Of a stretch of 58,924 nt of DNA, positions 24,703-36,646 are shown one piece after another. The stretch's first letter is position 1. Each line of letters opens with the position of its first letter. The translations under genes were made by a program, and so were the position numbers. The stretch is from Chiloscyllium plagiosum. Taxonomy: Eukaryota. The notes under the pieces are model-generated. The model was not told the DNA's origin, did no database searches, and worked only from the letters and a program-made list of their open reading frames with translations. The stretch spans positions 19,178,629-19,237,552 of the forward strand of contig NC_057720.1 in assembly GCF_004010195.1 (NCBI RefSeq), read 5' to 3'.

Positions 24703-25650
24703 TGCACATCTCTGCAAGGGTTCCTCAGCGTAGTGTTTCTTGGCCTAACCATCTTCAGCTGCTTCGTTAATGACATTCCTTCCATCATAAGGTCAAAAGT
24801 TTGCCGATGATTGCACAATGTTCAGTATTATTCGCAACTCCTAATACTGAAGCAATCCATGTTCAAATGCATCCAGATCTGGACAATGTCCAGTCTTGGG
24901 CTGACAAGTGGCAAGTGACATTGGCATCACACATGCCAGACAATGACCATCTCTAATGAGGCAATGTAACCACCTCATTCAATGGTGCTTCCATCGCTGA
25001 AAACCCACTACCAATATCCTCTGGTTACTGTTGATTGGAAACTAAGCTGGTCTCACCACACAAACAATGGCTACAAGATCAGGTCAGCGGTTAGGAATAC
25101 TTCAGCGAGTAGCTCACCACCTTACTTCCCCCAAAGCCTGTTCGCCATTTCAAAGATACAAGTCAGGAGTGTGGTGGAACACACTCCACATTCCTGGATG
25201 GGTGCAGCTCCAGCAATACTCAAGAAGCTAGGACAAAGCAGCCTGCTTGATTGACACCACGTCCACAAGCATCCACTCCCTCCATCACCCATGCTCAGTA
25301 GCAGCAGTGCGGACTATCTACCACAGAAATTCACCAAAGATCCTTTAGATGGCACCTTTTAAACTCACAACCACTTCCATCTAGAAGGACAAGGGCAGCA
25401 TATACCCAGGAAGACCACAACTGCAAGTTACCCTACAAGCCACTTGCTGTTCTGACTGGAAATATATCACCGTTCCTTCACTGTCAATGGATCAAAATCC
25501 TGAAATTTCCTCCCTAAAGGCATTGTGGATAAACCTATAGCACCTGATTGCAGCACTTAAAGAAGGCAGTACCTTACAGAGGGCAGCTAGGATAGGCAAT
25601 AAATGTTGGCCAGCCAGTAATGCCCAGGTCTCAGTGAATTTAAAAAAGAA
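24703..25650 (+). mobile_element. CR1/L2-clade LINE 3' fragment of a different family
   Basis: QG..LGLTIFSCFVNDIPSII RT motif and QVRSVVEH. 3' tail gggcagctaggataggcaataaatgttggccagccag followed by an A-rich end. Confidence 0.7.
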
Positions 25651-26325
25651 CATTTTGGAGTGTTTACTATGAAGCATCAAAACATTTATTATTAATTGGC
25701 TGCTAATTTTATTTTCTCTTGTAGCTGTTAACATTTGATTCCTTTGATGTGTTGTGGCTTTGGTAATATCAAACCTGCCTACTGTTCCTTATTTAAGAAA
25801 TCGCAGCCCTGGATAACATCCAAACTTTCTGACAATGTAGTCGGCATGACATTCAAAATCCATAATAACGTTGAACCCAAAGCACAAATGGTTGAATCAT
25901 ACTGACCAGGAAGGTACGAGGTTTGATCCCGAAGAGGAGAGATTGAATTTATGCCAGAGCAAATTTTCATTTCTTTTTGAAATGTAGTCAATTGACTAAA
26001 GTACCAATGATGATTGGCACAAGAAGCACCATGTCAATTGCTATAACTTTTTTTAAAGTAATGCGTGAAAATTGTGAAGTTAATCCAAATAGTGCTTTCC
26101 CTGTCAAAGAGCTTTAGAAAAATAAACTATAGGTTGAAGTTGTAATTTGTTGCTAGTTTCTTGAAAAAAAATCCAGCAGTGTTTTAAGATGCGTGTCCTT
26201 GTATGAATAACTTGTTGATCTTTATGGTTCTATTTGAACTGCATTTAAAACTAGACATCTACAAGTTTCAGTATTTCATGTAAATTTCTTATTAAATAAT
26301 TATTTTCTGACTTCACTACAATCAG

Positions 26326-26480
26326 CCCTGAAGGGAGCTACACAGATGATCCAAATCAAGAGCTGAGAGGAAACCAGAGATATCCAGACCCTCAGCGTGC
26401 ACCTGAATTTGATGATGAATTTGAAGATGATGAGCCTCTTCCTGCAGTTGGTCACTGCAAAGCTCTGTATCCATTTGATG
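26326..26480 (+). CDS. FNBP1L: FNBP1L coding exon, acidic linker and start of SH3 (SPEGSYTDD...[25 protein letters not shown])
   Basis: caatcAG acceptor and G|GTaaga donor; 155 nt, phase 2-1. [15 protein letters not shown] and ALYPF motifs. Confidence 0.95.
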
Positions 26481-27324
26481 GTAAGATCTTTAATGTTTAT
26501 TGAAATGCTTGTTTTAATAGAAAAGATTTAGTCGTTTATTTATTCTTTTGTTTTTATTAAATTTTCCAACACTAATCCAAGACTAGAAACATTTCAAAAA
26601 CATTTTGAATTACTATAACAGATTTGTAACTTTATTTTGAATTAAAATATAGTTTACAATTAGTCACTTTATGTTGCATGAAGTACTAATTTAAGGAACA
26701 AACTTGCTAATTATTATAAATTCTAATTATACCTAAATTATTTTGTTCTCCTTCACTGATTTTGATGACAAAATAATTGAGAACTCAAAATATTCCATTA
26801 ATTGGTCCAACATATGAAGTTGTAGGAAGGGGTGAAAGGGAAGTTAAAGGGTAAAGTGGAATATAATGTGGTATCCAATTTAATGATCTGGAAAATGAGC
26901 ATGATATTAAGCAGGTTTTCCCCTGCAGTACAATACCATTTAAGTGTGAGCTGCTTGCTTTTTAGGAAGAAGGAATAAGCCACCCACTTTTTTGGGGAAA
27001 AAAACCTGGATGGGAAACAAGAGCAAAATAATCTAGTGGTTCAAATTACAAGAAAATAGCAATTCTGGTTAACAGACCCCTTACATTAAACCAAGCACTT
27101 GCTGTAATTTCTAGAATAGTAGAATCGTTTAGAAACTTGGTTACATGACACTTGCTACTGTGCACAGCTCAATCTCCATATTACAAAAAGGATATAGAAG
27201 CACACTAGAAGTGTGAATGCATCTTGACCTGTTGAGTATTTCGGGCATTTTTTGCCTTTTGTTTTCCTATTTTGCAGCTATAGATTTGGGTACTGATCAG
27301 GGATAGGCTTTTTTTTTTCCCCTT

Positions 27325-28950
27325 AAACAAAAATAAAAGTTGCTGGAAAAGCTCAGCGTGTCTGGCTGCAACTGTGCAGAGAAATCGAAGTTAATATTTT
27401 GGGTCCAGTGACCCTTCCTCAGAACTGATAGTAACTGGGAAATTGTTGGTTTATATACAGAAGATCAGCTGGCAGGAGTAAGGAGTAAATGATAGGTGGG
27501 TATAGAGCCCAATCAAAGACAAGATCAGTTGGACAAAGGAGTGGTTGGGAGGGTGAATAGCTGTTAATGGACACTGTAAGTGGCTAACAATAGGTAATGT
27601 GTAATGGCAGACTATGTGATAACAAGGCTAGGTGTGTGGGGTAGGGGCTAGGACATGGGGGAGTTCAGGCCCTAAAATGATTGAATTCTATATTGAGTCC
27701 AGAGAGCTGCAGGATCCCGAAGTGGAAAATGAGGTGCTGTTCTTCCAGCTTGCACTGAGCTTCGCTGGAACACAGCAGCAGGCCTGAGACAAGGATGTTG
27801 GCCAGGGAATACGGTGGTGTGTTGAAGTGGCAGGCAACTGGAAGCTCTGGATCATCATGTCAGACAGAACGTAGATGTTATGCTTCATTTCCCCAGTGTA
27901 GAGGAGACTAAATTGTGAGCAGCGAATGTAGTAGACTAGATTTGACAAGTGCAGGTAAAGTGCTGCATCACTTGCGAGGTATGTTTGGGCCCTTGGATAC
28001 TGAGGAGGAAGGAGGTAAATGGGCAGGTGTTACATGTTTAGAGGTTGCAGAGGAAGGTGCCATGAGGCTGTTGGGCTTGAAGGAAGAGTGGATCAGGGTG
28101 TCCGTGAGGGAACAGTCCCTGCAGAAGGCAGTCAAGGGAAGGGAGGGAATATGTGTCTGGCGGTGGCATCTCACTGGAGGTGGTAGAAATGGCAGTTGAT
28201 GATCTTCTGGATGTGGATGCTGGTGGGATAGTTGGTAAGGACAAGGAGAACCCTACTGCTGTTGTGGGAGGGAAGAGAGGGGGTGTGTGCAAAAGTGCAA
28301 GAGACGTGAGGGCCCTGTCGACAATGGTGCTGGGGAATCCTCAGTTGAGGAAGAAGGTGGACATTTTGGAGGCTCTCTTGTTGAAGTTGGCCTCATAGGA
28401 ACATATGCGATGGCGACGGAGAAACTGGGAGAACGGAATGGAGTCTTTATAGGAAACTGAGTGCAGAAATGTCTGGTTCAGATAGATATGGGAGTCGATG
28501 GGTTTATAGTGGATATTAGTGGCCAGTCCATCCCCAGAAATGGAAACAGATGTCAAGGAAGAGAAGGGAGGAGTCAGAACCTAGGTGAAAGTGAGGGCAG
28601 TGTGAGAATTGGAAGTGAAATTGTTGAACTTTTCCAATTCTGGACAAGAGAGGGAAGCAGCACAGATTATATCATCAATATACAGAGAAAGAATTGTGGG
28701 TGGGGGCCAGAATAGACTAGAACAGGGAATATTTCATGTATCCCACAAAGAGACCAGCATAACTGGGGTCCATGCGAGTACCCATAGCCACCCCTCTGAC
28801 CTGAAGAAAATGAGAGGGGTTAAAAGAGAAGTAGTTGAGGGTGAGGACAAGCTCGGCCAAGCAGAGGAGAGTGGTGGGTAGGGACCGTTCAGGCCTTTGA
28901 TCCAGGAAGAAGCAGAGAGCCCTGAGATAATCCTGGGCACACAGGAATAA
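27325..28950 (-). mobile_element. Penelope-like element of another family: RT, GIY-YIG and pLTR
   Basis: Minus-strand peptides GVAMGTRMDPSYA, HYKPIDSHIYL..KDSIPFSQFLR.HRICS and NLVYYIRCSQFSLLYTG. The terminus carries a hammerhead remnant. Confidence 0.85.
27389..27426 (-). ncRNA. Hammerhead ribozyme remnant with a CpG-decayed core
   Basis: Minus strand reads AGTT-CTGAGGA-A-GGGTC-ACTG-GACCC-AAAATATT-AACT. Stem I AGTT/AACT and a 5-bp stem II are intact; GAAACGTT is mutated to AAAATATT. Confidence 0.6.
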
Positions 28951-28959
28951 TGCAGAGAA

Positions 28960-30045
28960 TGAGGTAAGACTGATAAATTAAACTGCATTTATTTCAATAC
29001 AAGAGGCCTAACAGCTAATGCAGGTGAACCCAGGGCATGTTTGAGAACATGGTACTGAGATATCATAAGGGAAAGTGAAGACTGCAGATGCTGGAGTGTC
29101 AAGAGTTGAAATGTGGCACTGGAAAAGCAAGGCAGGTCAGGCAGCATCCGAGAAACAAGAGAGTCGTCGCTTCGGGCATAAGACCTTCATCAGGAATGTC
29201 TGGCTTATGCCCGAAACGTCGATTATCTTGCTTCTCGAATGCTGCCTGACCTGCTGTGTTTTTCCAGTGCCACACTTTTCGACTCCTGGGATATCTTAAT
29301 GATTACAGAGATGTGGCTCTGGGATGGACAAGACTGGCAGAGATGTTCCAGGGTATAGATACTGGATAGAGGGAGAAGAGGAAGTGGCATTTTAGATTAG
29401 GGATAACATTACAGCTGTACTTAAGAAGGAAATTCCTGAGACTACATCCAGGCAAGTTATTTGGGTAGAACCAAGAAATAAGAAAAGAATGATCACCTTA
29501 TTGTGATTGTACTGTAGACCCCCAATAGTCAGTGGGAAACTGAAGCAAATTTGTAAGGACACCTCAAATAGAGATGATATGCTGGAAAGCATTGTTGACC
29601 ACGTGGCAGGGGAAATTGCGGTCCTTGAAATAGGAGGTCATCGGGGATGTCTTGGAGTGGAATTGCTCCTCCTGATGGGAGCAGATATGGCAGAGGAATA
29701 ATAAGGCGGTAATGGTAGGAGATTTTAACTTACCAAATGTAGACTGGGGCTGCCATAGTATTAAGGGCTTTGATGGAGAAGAATTTAAGTGTGTACAAGA
29801 AAATTTTCTGATTCAGTATGTGGATGTACCAATGAGAGAAGGAGCAAACCTTGACCTCCTCTTGGGAAATAAGTCAGGGCAGGTGACTGAGGTGTCAGTA
29901 GAGGAGCACCTTAGGGCCAGTGATCATAATTCTATTAGTTTTAAAGTTGTGATAGAAAAGGATATACTGCATCTAAAAGTTCAAGTTCTAAATTGGGGGA
30001 AGACCAATTTTGGCAGTATTAGGCAAGAACTGTCAAAATCAAAAG
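28960..30045 (+). mobile_element. CR1 LINE ORF2 APE-endonuclease fragment, interrupted by Penelope inserts
   Basis: VGDFNLPNVDW, LDLLLGN and SDHN APE motifs (ORF 29712..30074); YCRPP upstream. Confidence 0.85.
29072..29287. mobile_element. Fold-back Penelope-terminus element with hammerhead motifs
   Basis: Inverted arms around ...cttcatcaggaatgtctggcttatgcccgaaacgtc.... Degenerate TSD ctgagatatcataa / ctgggatatcttaa. Confidence 0.8.
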
Positions 30046-31609
30046 GTTTGGCACTGGAAAAGCACAGCAGGTGAGGAGCAGGAGAGTCAACGTTTTGGGC
30101 ATAAGTCCTTCATCAGGAATGTGGTGGGAGGGAAGGGGGCTGAAAGATAAAGGTTGGGTGAGGGGGAAGGTTGCTGGGAAAGTGATAAGATACAGGAGGA
30201 GAGTGATGGTGATCGGTCAGAGGGGAGGGTGCAACAGTTAGGTGGGAAGGAAGATGGACAGGTAGGGCAGTTCAAGAGGGCAGTGCCATGTTGGAAGATT
30301 GGATCTGGAATGAGGAATTTGGCAAAATCAACATTGATGTCTTGTGGTTGTAAGGTCCCAAGGTGGAAGATGAGACGTTCTTCCTCCAAGTGTTGGGTGG
30401 CTTGGATTTGGCAGTGGAGGAGGCCCAGGACTTACATGTTCTTATCGGAGTGGGAGGGGTGTTCAAATGGTCAACCACAGGGTGGTGGGGTTGTTTGGTG
30501 AGTGTTTCCCAGCGATGTTCCCTGAATCATTCTCCGAGTTGGCGTCCTGTCTCCCTAATGTTGAGGAGACCACACTAAAAGTAACAGACATAGTAGATGA
30601 GGTTTTTGAATGTGCAGGAGCATCTCTGCTGGATGTGGAAGAATCTTTTGGGGCCTTGGACGGAGGTGAGTGGGGAGGTGTGGGCTCAGGTTTTACATCT
30701 CTTGCACCATAGGGGAAGGTGCCGGGAGTAGGGGGGTGTGTTGGTGGGGGGATGTGGATCTAACAAGGGAGTTGCGGAGGGAATGGTCTCTGTGGAATGC
30801 TGATGGGGTGGGGCAGGATATATATCTCTGGTGGGGTCTGATTTTAGGTGGCGGAAATGGCAGAGGATAATGCGCTGTATCTGGAAATTAGTGGGGTGAA
30901 AGATAAGAAGCGGGGGATTCTGTCCTTGTTGCGGTTGGAGTGGTGGGGTTCAAGAGTGGAGGTGTGGAAAATAGAGGAGATGTGCTGGAGAGCATTGTTG
31001 ACCACATGTCAGGGGAAATTGCAGTCCTTGAAATAGGAGGTCATTGGGGATGTCCTGGAGTGGAATTGCTCCTCCTCATGGGAGCCAATATGGCAGAGGA
31101 ATTGAGACTAAGGGATCACATTTTTACAGAAGGGGGTTTTGGGAGGAGGTATAATCAAGGTAGTTTTGGGAGTCTGTGGGTTTGAAGTAAATGACCGTGT
31201 TGAGTCGGTTGCCGGAGATGGAAACGGAGAAGTCCAGCAAAGGGAGGGAGCTTTCAGAAATGGTCCAGGTGAACTTGAGGTCAGAGTGGAAGGTGTTCGT
31301 GAAGTTGATGAATTGTATAACCTCCTTGTGGGAACACGAAGTGGCGCCGATACTTTCATCAATGTAGGAGGAAAAGGTGGGGAATGGTGCCAGTGTAACT
31401 GCAGAAGATAGACTGTTCCACATATCTGACGAAGAGGCAGGCATAGCTGGGTCCATGCATTTGCCCTTGGCGATTCCTTTTGTCAGAAGGAAGTGGGACG
31501 ATTTGAAGGAGAAGCTGTTGAGGGTGAGGACATGTTCCACCAATCAAATTAGTGTGTTAGTGGAGGGGTACTGGTTGGGTTGGTGGGAGAGGAAGAAGCG
31601 GCGGGCTTT

Positions 31610-31792
31610 AGATTAGATTAGATTACAGTGTGGAAACAGGCCCTTCGGCCCAACAAGTCCACACCGACCCTCCGAAGTGCAACCCACCCATACCCCTACA
31701 TTTACCCCTTACCTAACACTACGGGCAATTTAGCATGGCCAATTCACCTAACCTGCACATCTTTGGACTGTGGGAGGAAACCGGAGCACCCG
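31610..31792 (-). mobile_element. HE1-type SINE (3' part, runs into an assembly gap)
   Basis: (tagat)n tail, tggaaacaggcccttcggccc, and a body near-identical to 1-120. Confidence 0.85.
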
Positions 31793-31832
31793 NNNNNNNN
31801 NNNNNNNNNNNNNNNNNNNNNNNNNNNNNNNN
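31793..31832. other. Assembly gap (40 N)
   Basis: Run of N. Confidence 1.
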
Positions 31833-32424
31833 GTGTAGAGGGATTGGACATCCATGGTGAAGATGAGGCGTTGGGGGCTAGGGAAACGGAAGTCATGGAG
31901 GAGGTGGAAAGCGTGGGTGGTAACCCGGATGTGTGTAGAGAGATCCTGGACCAAGGGGGCAGGACTGTCTCAAGGTATGCAGAGATAAGTTTGGTAGGCC
32001 AGCAGCAGGCGGAGACGATGGACCGACTGGGGCAGTCAGGTTTGTAAATTTTGGGTAAGAAGTAGAACCGGCCGGTGCAGGGTTCCAGGATATTGAGGTT
32101 GGAGGCTGTGGATGGGAGATCTCCTGAGGTGGGATGAGGTGGTGGATGGTCTGGGAGATGATAGTCTGGTGATGGGAGGTGAGGTTGTGGTCAAGGGGGC
32201 AGTAAGAGGTGGTGTCCATGAGATGGTGCCTGGCTTCAGCGGTGTCGAGGGTAGTGCGCCATTCTACCACTGTGCCCCCCCTTGTCCACTGGTTTGATGT
32301 TGAGGTTGGGCTTTGAACAGAGGGATTGGAGAGTTGTGCTTTGTGACGGTGAGAGGAGTGGATAGGTTGAAGCAGGCAGTGTCACAGCGGCAGTTGGAGA
32401 TAAATGTCGAGGGCATGTAACATG

Positions 32425-32740
32425 GGGCTGCATGGTGGCTCAGTGGCTAGCACTGTTGCCTCACAGCACCAGGGTTCCAGGTTCGATTCCAGCCTCGGTC
32501 GGGCGACTGTGTGGAGTTTGCACATTCTCCCCGTGTCTGCGTGGGTTTCCTCTGGGTGCTCTGGTTTCCTCCCACAGTCTAAAGATGTGCAGGCCAGGTG
32601 AATTGGCCATGCTAAATTGCCCATAGTGCTAGGTGCATTAGTCAGAGGGAAATGGGTCTGGGTGGGTTACTCTTCGGAGGGTCGGTGTGGACTGGTTGGG
32701 CTGAAGGGCCTATTTCCACACTGTAGGGAATCTAATCTAA
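32425..32740 (+). mobile_element. Full-length HE1-type SINE inserted in the Penelope element
   Basis: ggtggctcagtggctagcactg (A box), ggttcgattcc (B box), CR1-type tail and atctaatcta. Confidence 0.88.
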
Positions 32741-33634
32741 ACAGACCAGCATAGGGTGTCCAAGTGGATGGGGTTTGTTGGAGGTGGGAGTAAGGGTCCT
32801 CAGAGGGTGGGTGGGAGTCCCAATTGAAAATGTAAGCAGCGGAAGAAACGTTCCATGTTGCAATGCGTATGGAAACCGTTGATCCGGGTGTGTAGTGGGA
32901 TGAAGGTGAGAACTTTACCAAGCACTGATTGCTCATCCTCAGTGAGTGGGAGATCTGGGGTGAATCGTAAAAAAGGGCTGGGCGCTAGGACCTGGTGCAG
33001 AGCTGGAGTTGGGAGTGAGGGCGGAGATTGTCTCTGGAGTAATTGTGGTCATGGTATCATCTTTGGTGGCATCACCAAAGGAAGTGACATAAACCGTAGT
33101 AGTTGGTGAGGTGGTGGGGGGGTGGGGGTTCAGGGGGCACGGAAGCATGCATTTCGTGGCTCCCGTTGGGACAGATGTGACATTGTGATGTTCGCGGTGG
33201 CTTCAGAGTCGGCTGTAGAGGCACTGTGGTCAGTGGGCTGGTGTGAGTGATATCAGTGGGGGCAGAAGTGGCACGTTTGGTGGCAACTGCAGGGACAGAA
33301 GTAACGTGATGGTCAGCCTTCAGCGATGGTGGTCCTGGTGGCGATTGCAGAGGCGGTAGATTTGGCGGTAGCTGTGGTCTTTGGGGTTGCGGGGGCAGAA
33401 GTGACATCATTTGCTCTGCCCGCCCCCCCCCCCCCCCCTTTTATCTCTGCACCCATCTCCTGCCCCACCTCCACACATTCCTGATGAAAGGCTTGTGCCC
33501 GAAATGGTGGTTCTCCTGCCCGTTGGATGCTGCCTGACCGGCTGTGCTTTTCCAGCTCCACAGTTTCCAAATCTGATCTCCAGCATCTGCAGTCCTCACT
33601 TTCTCCTAAAAACTTTCAAAAGTTCTCTGCCTTT

Positions 33635-33670
33635 ATTCCTGATGAAGGGCTTTTGCCCGAAACGTCGATT
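33635..33670 (+). ncRNA. Minimal hammerhead ribozyme motif, intact core (predicted cleavage after C33666), in a second pLTR fragment at 33623-33731
   Basis: attc-CTGATGA-A-GGGC-TTTT-GCCC-GAAA-CG-TC-gatt, identical to 22715-22750. A decayed copy starts 158 nt upstream at 33481. Confidence 0.8.
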
Positions 33671-33734
33671 TCGCTGCTCCTTGGATGCTGCCTGAACTGC
33701 TGTGCTCTTCCAGCACCACTAATCCAGAATCTTT

Positions 33735-34640
33735 ATTCTAAGACTATGCCCTCTGGTGTCAGACTCTCTCATGAGAGGAAACATCCTCTCAGCATTCACC
33801 CTATCAAGCCCCTTAAGAATCTGACATGTTTCAATAAGATCATCTCTCAATCTTTTAAACTCCAGTGAATGGAATGTTAGCTTATTTAGCCTTTGCTCAT
33901 AACAATCCCTCCATACCAGGGTTCGTCCTGGTGAATCTTCTCTGAACTAACTCCAATTAAACTATATCTTTCCTTAAATAAGGAAACCAAAATCTGCTCA
34001 CATTACTTCAGATGTGGCCTCACCAGGACCTTATACAGATGCAGTTGTTCTTTATGTCAGCATTATGGGTGAAAACATTAACACTGTCAGCCAACTGATG
34101 AAATTCTTGTCTGCATGCAAAAAAACTACAAGCTCATGCATTGGTTTTTTTAAAGCAATGATGAAGAGTCCAGTGTCAAACAAAATCAGTTGAAACTTTA
34201 TAAGCTCTGGTCAGACCACAACTACAATATTGCGTTCAGTTCTGATCAAGTAGAAAGAATGTGAATGTCCTTGAGAGAATGCAGAGGAAAATTATCAGAA
34301 TGGTTCCAGAGATGACAAACTTTGGCTTCAAGAAGCTGGGGTTCTCATTGAAGCAAAAGGACATCAAGGAGATATTGGAAGGCAGATGTGTACAAGATTA
34401 TAACAGATTTAGATAAGGTGGACAAAGAACAGCTGTTTCCATTAGCTATAGGTGTAAGTATAAAAGGACAAAACTTTAAAGTTCTGAGCAAGAAATGAGA
34501 AAGAACTTATTAGGTAGCAAGTGGTAATGACTGCCACGTGCTGACTACGAGGATGCTGGAAGTAGAGATAATCAATAATTTCAGAAGGAAATTGGATAGC
34601 CATTTGATGAAATAAATTAGCAGGGTTACAGAGATAGAAA
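33735..34640. mobile_element. Old CR1 fragments (minus 33735-34045, plus 34180-34640)
   Basis: CR1 3'-region phrases such as ctttataagctctggtcagaccacaactacaatattgcgttcagttctg. Confidence 0.6.
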
Positions 34641-34747
34641 TAGAGGCCATAATGACTCTACATATGGTAAGGTAGATGTAGATAATCAGTTTAAATTGGT
34701 AGTGAGAATCAAAAACTAGGAATTGCAAATATAAAATACTCAATTCA

Positions 34748-34906
34748 GGGGTAGGGTGTAGGTTTGCTCGCTGAGCTGTAGGTTTGATATCCAGACGTTT
34801 CATTACCTGGCGAGGTAATGAAACATCTGGATATCAAACCTACAGCTCAGCGAGCAAACCTACACCCTAAACCTCAACCTGAGCTATAAACCTTCACAAA
34901 CCTTGC
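34748..34906. repeat. Near-perfect fold-back insert: 57-bp arms (34752-34808 / 34813-34869) with a GGCG loop; probable Penelope-terminus derivative
   Basis: The arms are reverse complements with one mismatch. Flanked by the direct repeat aaaatactcaat (34733-34744 and 34907-34918). The centre ttacct-ggcg-aggtaa-tGAAACATC resembles hammerhead stem II plus GAAACGUC. Confidence 0.88.
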
Positions 34907-35199
34907 AAAATACTCAATCCAATAATGAATTTATGAAAAAAGAAGTTTCTTCACCCACCACATGGTAATAAGATGCTACAACATAGGAGTCATTGAGGTG
35001 ACTAACATATATGCATTTTAGAGGGAAGCTAGATAAGCACATAAGGGGGAAAGAAACACAAGAATATGTCAATAAGGTGAGGTGAAGTGGAATGGGAGGA
35101 GGCTGGTGTGGAGCACACACATTTCGGTCAAAACTTGTATCAGTTTGTAAATTGTGTACAAAAAAGATATATACTGTACAGCATTTCTTCTGTCCCAAA

Positions 35200-35545
35200 G
35201 TACTTAAGCAAAGTAATTTGGAAGTGCAGTTGCTATGGCAATTTAGGAGATGTGATGGTCAATTTTCACACAGCAAGGTCCCAAAAATAGCAATAACCAG
35301 ATACTCATTTTTTTGGGAGGTTCATTAAAGAGAAAATATTGTTCAGGCCACAGGATATCACTCTCTTGCTCCTTCTATGGAGTCTCAAATTAAGGTCTCA
35401 TCCAAAAGATGGCATTACAAGATTACCCCATTCCTTCAGTGCTGCACAGATCCATCAGTCTTGATTTTTGACCTCTGATATGGAATGGGATTTGCTGGAC
35501 TTTCTGACTCCAGGCTGAGAATCCTACCACCTGAGCCAGACCTGA
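35200..35545 (-). mobile_element. Old tRNA-derived SINE (Deu-type, tentative)
   Basis: The minus-strand head tggctcaggtggtaggattctcagcctggagtcagaaag is tRNA-like. Related decayed bodies occur near 13090-13270 and 44690-44850. Confidence 0.4.
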
Positions 35546-36014
35546 CATTAATTTTGTATATTTGTTCTAATTTTGCCTCTTGTGTAATACTGACAAGGTA
35601 AATTATTTTCTGAGTAAAATCCTAAAATAATTGTAAAACCAAACCGAAAAGTCAAAAAAGTCTCAATTCCTGAAGCGAGATCAACAAAAATGATTTTAAT
35701 TCATTCAAAGCCAAACTATTTACAGCATTAAAATTGTCACATTATGTCTGGCAGTAAATGTTTTGTTTTATTTTATTTTCTCAATTTTCCCATCAAATTA
35801 AAATGATGGATCTACATAAAATGTATAATGTAACTCTTCCAAAAGCTTTGAGAAAGATAGTGTAGAACTCAGCGAGTAGCCATTTCAGCAAAGCAATACA
35901 TGTCATAATGGTAAAGAACAGCAGGATTCACAGCATTCCTAAATGACAAGTGCAAAGATAGTTCTGCTGGATTATAAAGAATAATTTTGGTTGGCTAATA
36001 AGTCAAAATCTATT

Positions 36015-36645
36015 TAGAGTCATAGAGATGTACAACATGGAAACAGACTCTTCAGTCCAACTCGTCCATGCTGACCAGATATCCTAAATAAATCGAGGCC
36101 CACTTGGCCAGCATTCGGCCCGTATCCCTTGAAACCTTTCTTTTTTAATATACCCATCCAGATGAGTTTTAAATGTTGTAATTATACCAGCTTCCACCAC
36201 TTCCTCTGACAGCTCATTCCATAGACACCACCGTCTGCGTGAAAAACTTGCTCCTTACGTCCCTTTAAAATCCTTCCCTTCTCACCTTAGACCGATGCCC
36301 TCTAGTTCTGGATTCCCCCCACCCAGGGAAACGACCTTGCCTATTCACCTAATCTGTGCCCCCTATAATTTTATAAACCTCTAAGGTCATCCCCTCAGCT
36401 TCCAACATTCCATGGAAAATAGCCCCAGCCTATTTAGCTTCTCTCGAAAGCTCACACCCTCCAACCTTAGCAACATACTTGTAAATCTTTTCTGAACTCT
36501 TTCAAATTTCACGATATCCTTTCTATAGGAGGGAGACCAGAATGGAATGTAATATTTCAAAAGCAGCCGAACCAGTATTCTATACAGCTGCAATATAACA
36601 TGCCAACACCTTTACTCTAAGCACTGACCATAAAGGAAAGCATAT
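36015..36645 (-). mobile_element. CR1/HER1 LINE 3' fragment
   Basis: ORF LYRILVRLLLKYYIPFWSPSYRKDIVKFERVQKRFTSML; tail agagtcatagagatgtacaacatggaaacag. Confidence 0.85.
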
Positions 36646-36646
36646 A

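Larger units (their letters stand above)
30050..33610 (-). mobile_element. Near full-length decayed Penelope-like element with an inverted 5' pLTR (33411-33610, + strand), interrupted by two SINEs and a gap
   Basis: Minus-strand RT motifs NIKPVDKGG, FTMDVQSLY, VEHVLTLNSFSF, YIDE, INFTNTFHSDLKFT and YFKPTDSQNYLDY; EN tail EEERLIFHLGTLQPQDINVDF. pLTR with hammerhead at 30050-30120. Confidence 0.85.

Noticed and set aside
33072..33570. Pro/Thr-rich ORFs as mucin-like genes
   Set aside because: They are the low-complexity N-terminal region and inverted terminus of the Penelope element.
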